DNA from: Spirochaetae bacterium HGW-Spirochaetae-3 | GTDB lineage: Bacteria; Spirochaetota; Spirochaetia; Treponematales; UBA12059 | Assembly (NCBI GenBank): GCA_002839315.1 | Contig: PGXV01000009.1 | Location: 130,202-194,201 of the forward strand | Length of the DNA stretch: 64,000 nucleotides | Direction: 5' to 3' | In this document: piece by piece, positions 58,471 through 64,000 of the stretch | Position numbering within the stretch: the first letter of the stretch is position 1 | How the letters are laid out: the number at the start of each line of letters is the position of its first letter | Notes under the pieces: generated by a model | Database searches by the model: none | The model's input: only the letters and a program-made list of their open reading frames with translations | Told to the model about the DNA's origin: nothing | Program-made: the position numbers and the translations under genes

Positions 58471-58644
58471 ATGAAACAAACAAGATCGGTAGAAGATTCA
58501 TACACCAGTATAAAAATACCCGAATCACTGAGACGCCAACTGAGGCTACTTGCCGCACAACGTGATCAATTCATCTATCAAATTATTGCCTCATTGGTCG
58601 TGCAAGAAATCGAGCGGTTGAGCGGGAATAAAACAGAAAGTTAG
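58471..58644 (+). CDS. Ribbon-helix-helix (CopG/ParG-like) regulator, 57 aa, below ORF-track cutoff
   Basis: Manual translation MKQTRSVEDSYTSIKIPESLRRQLRLLAAQRDQFIYQIIASLVVQEIERLSGNKTES; beta-strand TSIKI followed by two helices. Upstream inverted repeat TTGCATC/GATGCAA. Confidence 0.7.
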   Translation: MKQTRSVEDSYTSIKIPESLRRQLRLLAAQRDQFIYQIIASLVVQEIERLSGNKTES

Positions 58645-58655
58645 CATAGTTAAAG

Positions 58656-58776
58656 ATGACTGTTGGTAGCAGTCATGAAAGAGCATCACGCAAGATAAAG
58701 AGTCCATATAGACTGGTGTGACAGCATGTAAATGCTCGCAGGTTGTCACCTACCAACCAGTCTATATGGACTTTTT
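58656..58776 (+). promoter_or_regulatory. Structured RNA leader / attenuator upstream of the Rep-like gene
   Basis: Hairpin ATGACTG-TTGGTAG-CAGTCAT, then a 17-bp perfect stem AGTCCATATAGACTGGT / ACCAGTCTATATGGACT with a U-tract, just before the GGAGG RBS. Confidence 0.7.
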
Positions 58777-58789
58777 AATTGGAGGGCAT

Positions 58790-60325
58790 ATGGATTTAGA
58801 AAGATATGAAGAATTCATTTCTAAAGGTAATTTTACCCAGATTTCAAATTATTTAATGACATCATACTGTGTATTAGGGTTAGAGTCTGAGGAGTATGTA
58901 TTTTTATCTTATATTTTGAAATGGGTCACAAAACCTAAGAGACCAATATATGATTTTGAAATCAGCCGCGATCTTGGCTGGTCTCGAAATATGCTTCTGA
59001 AGCAAAGAAGAACCCTGAAGGAAAAGAAGTATCTTACTTCAAACTACAGTAATGAGTACGATCCAGAATTGGGGTATAGATCGACAGGGTATTATTATTG
59101 CATGCAAGGGCTTTTTGAAAAAATATATTTTTATTCATCAATGCCAGAAGAACAGTATTTGAAAATTAGGCTTGAGGCTGAAGTTGCCGCAGAAAAAAAG
59201 CGTCTAAAAAAGGGAAAGCATCTCAATTTCAAAAAATTAGATGAGGAAAGCACTGGGAAAACAACGCAATCTGGGGGCTCTTCATCACCTACCTTGGAAC
59301 TGGACATCACCTACATAGGTGATGAGGAGCATCGGGGTAGGGCACCTATAAATACAGATATAAATACAATTAAAGACATACAAAATACTGAAGAAGTAGT
59401 TTCTTTGGAACAGAATGAACAATTAGACCAAGAAAAAGAAGTAATGTATCAAGAAGATATAGTTGCGACTGGCGGCGTCGGATGCGAAAATCTGACTGAT
59501 TCTATGGACGAAGAGGAAGCACTCATTGACAACTGTGATGATGAAGATTGGGATAAACTGGCGGCTGAAGAAGACGAAGAATTTAGAAGGCTGGAATATG
59601 AAAAAGAACATCCTGCAAATATTGAGCAGGGCATTATCGATTGGTTTGTTCGAATGAAACTTCCTGCTCCTAAACATTATATTGAGGCATTCAAGAAGAT
59701 GAAGTTTGAGATTCAATCTCTCCAACGATTCTGGTTACTAAAAAACCGATGGATGGAGCATCCAGAAGTTAATGGAACGGATCGCTCTTTGTATATGCTT
59801 TCTCGGAATCTTGAAGGATTTGTTCAAAGGTATTGGGATATATACGAGTACGAACAGCAACAGGAAAATGAGATGAAGGAGCGAATCCAGAAAAGACAAG
59901 AACTCGAAGCATTCCTTGATGCTCATTCGATATGGTGGAAAAAGATGGATATGTCTAATGAAGAGCGGCAGGAGTTACGAAGTGTCTGCCAGCAGATAGA
60001 TGAATTGACCCAAGGAGACAAGTTGCAGGATATGTATTGGAAATGGTCATGTGACACAAAAGGATTTATTCTCGAAGGTGGGAAGTTATTACGAGGTTCA
60101 GTAAAGGTCAGTCCAGCCAATTTTACAAAAGAAGCAATTTATGCTCATATCGAAAAACTTAAACAGGTAAAAAGGGAAAAGAGTGGTCAGATATTGGTAA
60201 CGGAAGAAGAGTTCGAACAATCCCTCATGAAGTCATTGAAGGAGGATGATGCTACTGCAATAGTTCCACCTTGGATGGAGGATCAATACATGGCTGATAT
60301 GCTCAAGTCTCTGACAGAAGAGTAG
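58790..60325 (+). CDS. Winged-HTH replication-initiator-like protein (phage replisome organiser / DnaD-N type)
   Basis: NFTQISNYL...LG...E...LSYIL...EISRDLGWS.N.L......L.EKKYL wHTH; internal iteron-like repeats followed by an N/T/I-rich linker. Confidence 0.7.
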   Translation: MDLERYEEFISKGNFTQISNYLMTSYCVLGLESEEYVFLSYILKWVTKPKRPIYDFEISRDLGWSRNMLLKQRRTLKEKKYLTSNYSNEYDPELGYRSTGYYYCMQGLFEKIYFYSSMPEEQYLKIRLEAEVAAEKKRLKKGKHLNFKKLDEESTGKTTQSGGSSSPTLELDITYIGDEEHRGRAPINTDINTIKDIQNTEEVVSLEQNEQLDQEKEVMYQEDIVATGGVGCENLTDSMDEEEALIDNCDDEDWDKLAAEEDEEFRRLEYEKEHPANIEQGIIDWFVRMKLPAPKHYIEAFKKMKFEIQSLQRFWLLKNRWMEHPEVNGTDRSLYMLSRNLEGFVQRYWDIYEYEQQQENEMKERIQKRQELEAFLDAHSIWWKKMDMSNEERQELRSVCQQIDELTQGDKLQDMYWKWSCDTKGFILEGGKLLRGSVKVSPANFTKEAIYAHIEKLKQVKREKSGQILVTEEEFEQSLMKSLKEDDATAIVPPWMEDQYMADMLKSLTEE

Positions 60326-60541
60326 CAGGAATAAAAATAATGGATATCGGGTCAAATGATAATTTGGGATTTGAGGCTTGTTTAATTTCGTAATTCTTGC
60401 AAAGCCAGAGGTATAGCCTGTTTACCATTGCTGTCAAAAAACTAAATTCATTTCAATAAAGAACATACAGGTGTCAAAATGGAATTGATCTCTTGCGAAA
60501 TCTGTATAATACTATTAAGAAATAATCAAAGTGAGGCGAGC

Positions 60542-61873
60542 ATGACGAAACAGATCAAATTGTCAGATTCACTGAAAGATTTCAACTACCGGCTGTTTGG
60601 TACACTTATCCTGATTTCCTTGCTACCAACCATCTATACAACCGTCAGGATCTACTTTCTTGGTAATCTTCCGGGCGACTGGGGATTCAACATTGCCAGT
60701 CAACTGGCGTGGGTCAACATTTTCTATGAGGTTGTTCAAGAAGCCCTCATCCTTCCTCTCTTCTACCTCATAAGCAAAGTAATCAGCAATCGGGAACAGC
60801 TCTCGAACAGAATCCAAACTGGTCTGGTTTCTTCTTTCTTAGTCTTTCTTGTCATGACGGTCTTGATTCTGATTTTTGTACGACCTCTTCTTGCCTTCAT
60901 GGGACAGAAATCAGAAATTATTACTGCGACATCAGCCTACATTCGATTAGAAGCTATTGCGATCCAGATTTCAGTGCTGTTCAGATTTATCTCGATTGTG
61001 CTGATTATCCTGAACAAGAACAGCAGATTATTGATCCTGCTTGCAATTCAAATGGTGCTAACCATCGTATCTGATACCTTCTTGGTGAGTTCACTATCAA
61101 TATCATTCCAGATAGGAGTGAATGGCATTGCTCTGGGTAATATTATTGTTAATCTGGTATTGGTTGGCATCGGGCTAACAATGCTCAAGCAAGAAGGTCT
61201 GCAAGTATTCTCATATGCTAAAGCAAACTTCTCGTGGCAGAAAGAGTGGATCAAGATTGGCGGATTATCTGGCATAGAATCATTTGTTAGAAACGCGGCT
61301 TTTACCTTGATGATTATTCGTATGATCAATATGATTCAAGAACAGGGCACTTTCTGGGTTGCAAACAACTTCATCTGGGGATGGTTGCTATTACCCATTC
61401 TTGCTCTTGGTGAACTGATCAAGCGAAATACTGCGGAGAGTGCAGAGAGCATTGACAAGAAACTACCTGCCTATTGGGCTTTGACTGGTCTTGTCTGTAT
61501 CCTCTGGCTTGTCACGATTCCATTCTGGAATCTGTTTATTGGTAAGGTAATGAATGTGGCAGATTATACAGCAGTCGTTAGTGTTGCAATAATCTCACTT
61601 GTCTTCTATATCATCTTTGCGTTCAACAATGTGGTAGATAGTATCTTCTATGGCTTAGGACGTACTGACCTCATGCTCTATCAATCGTTGATTGTTAATA
61701 CAGTATATTATGGTGGCATGTTTATAGCATATAGAGTTGGTCTCTTCATCCCGTCCTTGAATGGCATTGCCATCATGTTTGGTACAGGAATGGCGATTGA
61801 TTCAGTAATCACCTTTATCATGTTTATAGTGCTTCGAAGAATAAATCGGTTGGTACTTTCGGAGACGGTATGA
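60542..61873 (+). CDS. MATE-family (Na+-driven efflux) transporter
   Basis: About 12 TM helices; LLPTIYTTVRI.FLG, GVNGIA, SGIESFVRN, DSIFYGLGRT. Confidence 0.8.
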   Translation: MTKQIKLSDSLKDFNYRLFGTLILISLLPTIYTTVRIYFLGNLPGDWGFNIASQLAWVNIFYEVVQEALILPLFYLISKVISNREQLSNRIQTGLVSSFLVFLVMTVLILIFVRPLLAFMGQKSEIITATSAYIRLEAIAIQISVLFRFISIVLIILNKNSRLLILLAIQMVLTIVSDTFLVSSLSISFQIGVNGIALGNIIVNLVLVGIGLTMLKQEGLQVFSYAKANFSWQKEWIKIGGLSGIESFVRNAAFTLMIIRMINMIQEQGTFWVANNFIWGWLLLPILALGELIKRNTAESAESIDKKLPAYWALTGLVCILWLVTIPFWNLFIGKVMNVADYTAVVSVAIISLVFYIIFAFNNVVDSIFYGLGRTDLMLYQSLIVNTVYYGGMFIAYRVGLFIPSLNGIAIMFGTGMAIDSVITFIMFIVLRRINRLVLSETV

Positions 61874-62610
61874 AGTATTTCTATTTAGAATTGAATCCTA
61901 TCATTGTCGCTGGCTCAAAACTAAAGAAGCTGAACTGGAAGAAGGCAGATGTCTATACATCCTCTTGGGCTATTTCTGAACAGTTGATAAATCTGAAGGA
62001 AGAAAACTATCCAACCATTCGAGCATCTTTTAAGTTAATAGATGAATTGAAAATAAGAATCGACTGGGAAAATAATGTTAGTAAGATGTTTTCTGCATTT
62101 GATTTGAAGCACCCAGTGCTTACAGATGAAGCAGCTATCAAAAGTCAATATGAGAGTGTTTTAAAGGCATCGACATTTTCTGACTTGCCTACTCAAGTGT
62201 TAAAAACAATAGGAGAGTTTAAGAAGATGAGGGAAGCCTCGAATTGGCATATGGGTGTCATGAATCATTTTACTCCTGAGATGAAGGAAGTATTAAGAGT
62301 AGGAATAGCTGAAGATGAAATGAAAATGTTGTCTATGACTATGGTCTTAAATTGTATTCAAGGCACGTTTCAAATCAATGAAGATATGTTGTTAAGTCGA
62401 TATACTGGTCGCCTTGATCGTTTTCTCTTTGCACAGGCTAAATACTTCCAGAAGAAAAGTGATATTAAAAAAAATGACTGGTTTGATCTTGAGCATTTTA
62501 AGTATATTCAAAACGAAATTACCTATATGGTTAGTGATGATATATTTGTTAAATGGTTAGATTACAAGAAGGTTTATAGTGTGGATGAGTTTTTAGAGTT
62601 TATGAGTTGA
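61870..62610 (+). CDS. Hypothetical protein
   Basis: ATGA overlap with the MATE gene; 246 aa. Confidence 0.65.
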   Translation: MKYFYLELNPIIVAGSKLKKLNWKKADVYTSSWAISEQLINLKEENYPTIRASFKLIDELKIRIDWENNVSKMFSAFDLKHPVLTDEAAIKSQYESVLKASTFSDLPTQVLKTIGEFKKMREASNWHMGVMNHFTPEMKEVLRVGIAEDEMKMLSMTMVLNCIQGTFQINEDMLLSRYTGRLDRFLFAQAKYFQKKSDIKKNDWFDLEHFKYIQNEITYMVSDDIFVKWLDYKKVYSVDEFLEFMS

Positions 62611-62669
62611 AGTTTTAAAAGAAAGTCTTATATATAGTCTTGGTTAGTTGGCTCCTGTTTGGCTTGTGC

Positions 62670-63401
62670 CTATTTGGCTTTACCAAAAAACCAATTCATA
62701 GCTCTCTTGGCTTCAGCCTTGGTGACATCATTGTATGAAATGTCCCACAGTCCAGATTTGCCAAATAAATCCATTTTCTCTTGTAGACTCTTTACCTTCT
62801 TTACCCTCTCTCCAGAAACACCAAAAGCGGCTTCAAGAACCTTTGTCCAGTTATTATCAAAGAGTGTGGTGTGGAGTATTAGTATCCAGTAGTCTGAGAC
62901 ATCAAAGCGAACTTCCTTGCCATCTTGATAGATCGCCGTGTAGGTTTCATCGCCTGTAAAGGGAATGTCTGTAACGAGCTTGAGACGCTTGCCACCGCAA
63001 ATCTCCTTAAGAGCCTTGTCAAGATTATCAGTGTTCTTCATCTTGCCTGTGCTAATGAGGTAGTCGTAATAGAGGTGGATGTTGCCAAGGAATCGTTTGG
63101 TATTCTTGAGGTTCAGTTCGAATGAGTCGCCAGATAGAATATGTGATTCTACCCATTCAAGGCATGTACTGTATTCCCAGTAGGGAATCTTCTCAAAAGA
63201 TGGATAGCCTTCGAGTCTTCCAAGGTAGGCATTGAAGGCGAAGATATCATCAAAGAGGGAAGATAATGTTTCTTCAGAAAGCGATTCTGATTTTTGCTTG
63301 AAGAAGTTGGTGAGGTCAGTCTTCTTGAAGAGGACAACCTGCATGTCTTTGATTTGAGATAGTATGAGTTTGAGAGGTACGACTGGTGCTTTATATGCCA
63401 T
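62670..63401 (-). CDS. Hypothetical protein (N-terminal half weakly resembles an integrase core-binding/SAM-like domain)
   Basis: Helical ...F.AYL...WV....TKRFL.NI.LYYDYL...G pattern. Confidence 0.6.
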   Translation of the reverse strand: MAYKAPVVPLKLILSQIKDMQVVLFKKTDLTNFFKQKSESLSEETLSSLFDDIFAFNAYLGRLEGYPSFEKIPYWEYSTCLEWVESHILSGDSFELNLKNTKRFLGNIHLYYDYLISTGKMKNTDNLDKALKEICGGKRLKLVTDIPFTGDETYTAIYQDGKEVRFDVSDYWILILHTTLFDNNWTKVLEAAFGVSGERVKKVKSLQEKMDLFGKSGLWDISYNDVTKAEAKRAMNWFFGKAK

Positions 63402-63414
63402 TACTTAACCTGCC

Positions 63415-63849
63415 TTACTTCTTCGGGTTCTTGAACTTTCCGCCCTGCTCTTCTTTCGCCTTCTCAAGCATGAGTCGCTCTTCAGGGGTAATGGCGGCGA
63501 GCCTGACTTCAATGCCATACTCTTTTATTGCTCGGTTCTTCCAGCTTAGATGCTTTTCGTAGGATAGAGCATCTGCTATTTTGCTATCGACTACAATAAT
63601 CACTTTCTGGATGTGTCTGCCGACCATCTTCTCGTACAATACCATTTTCAAAATATCCTGTGAAATCTTATGTTGTTGTCCTGAGCGAAGCCTGTCTATG
63701 CCAGCATAGACTTCATAGATAGTAGCCTCTGACATTCCATCGAATTCAAACTTGATGCCATCCAATACAATTTTTCCATGTGCCACGCCGAGGTCATGGA
63801 GGATGCGTTCTTCAAGTTGCTTTTGGACTGCTGAATTTGAACTGTTCAT
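63415..63849 (-). CDS. Hypothetical protein, possible PD-(D/E)XK nuclease-like
   Basis: E..IL...FEFDG.....YEVYA.......GQ.HKI..DILK pattern. Confidence 0.55.
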   Translation of the reverse strand: MNSSNSAVQKQLEERILHDLGVAHGKIVLDGIKFEFDGMSEATIYEVYAGIDRLRSGQQHKISQDILKMVLYEKMVGRHIQKVIIVVDSKIADALSYEKHLSWKNRAIKEYGIEVRLAAITPEERLMLEKAKEEQGGKFKNPKK

Positions 63850-64000
63850 TCCATCTTCCTCAATTCTTCAATCGTGTAGAATGTTCTCGACTCTATTTCC
63901 CTGAACGGGCAATAAGCATTCCATTGCCCAGAATAAGGGTAGGAAGGTACGGTCGGTATGATTTCACTGCCATCCTTGGAGACGAGTAAATAGTAGCAAT
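63846..64000 (-). CDS. 3' end of a hypothetical gene (partial)
   Basis: Open frame ...CYYLLVSKDGSEIIPTVPSYPYSGQWNAYCPFREIESRTFYTIEELRKME*; its stop overlaps the next ATG (ATGA). Confidence 0.55.
   Translation of the reverse strand, partial: CYYLLVSKDGSEIIPTVPSYPYSGQWNAYCPFREIESRTFYTIEELRKME

Larger units (their letters stand above)
50008..64000. mobile_element. tRNA-Leu-integrated AT-rich element (integrative element, satellite or prophage-like); right end outside the window
   Basis: Sharp GC drop right after the tRNA, adjacent tyrosine integrase, Rep-like gene, MTase and phage-type ORFs. Confidence 0.9.

Noticed and set aside
50008-64000. Complete prophage or conjugative ICE
   Set aside because: No capsid, terminase, tail, relaxase or T4SS genes are visible in the window, so the class cannot be fixed.

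Overview
The window has two parts. (1) About 1-49.9 kb is high-GC chromosomal backbone, most likely from a spirochaete (inferred from the stand-alone groEL, the short AlaRS, flgM and the dxs-folP-cdaA-cdaR-acpS-DUF2225-truA run). It carries housekeeping, RNA-modification, chemotaxis and cyclic-dinucleotide genes. One accessory islet interrupts it at 30.57-32.8 kb: an AbiD/AbiF-like HEPN gene with its own promoter and a ~55-nt terminator-capped leader RNA (candidate RNA antitoxin), embedded in a mosaic array of ~200-bp structured repeats that show stem covariation, inverted ends and attC-like remnants. (2) From tRNA-Leu(GAG) at 49.93 kb to the window end is an AT-rich integrative element. It encodes a tyrosine integrase, two convergent serine-recombinase DNA-binding-domain proteins lacking catalytic domains, an ART-fold candidate, an orphan DNA methyltransferase, an unlisted RHH gene, a structured RNA leader with a kissing/pseudoknot complement ahead of a wHTH replication-initiator-like gene, and a MATE transporter. 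The integration appears to have damaged the tRNA 3' end. All calls come from reading the sequence and recognising motifs; no database searches were run.
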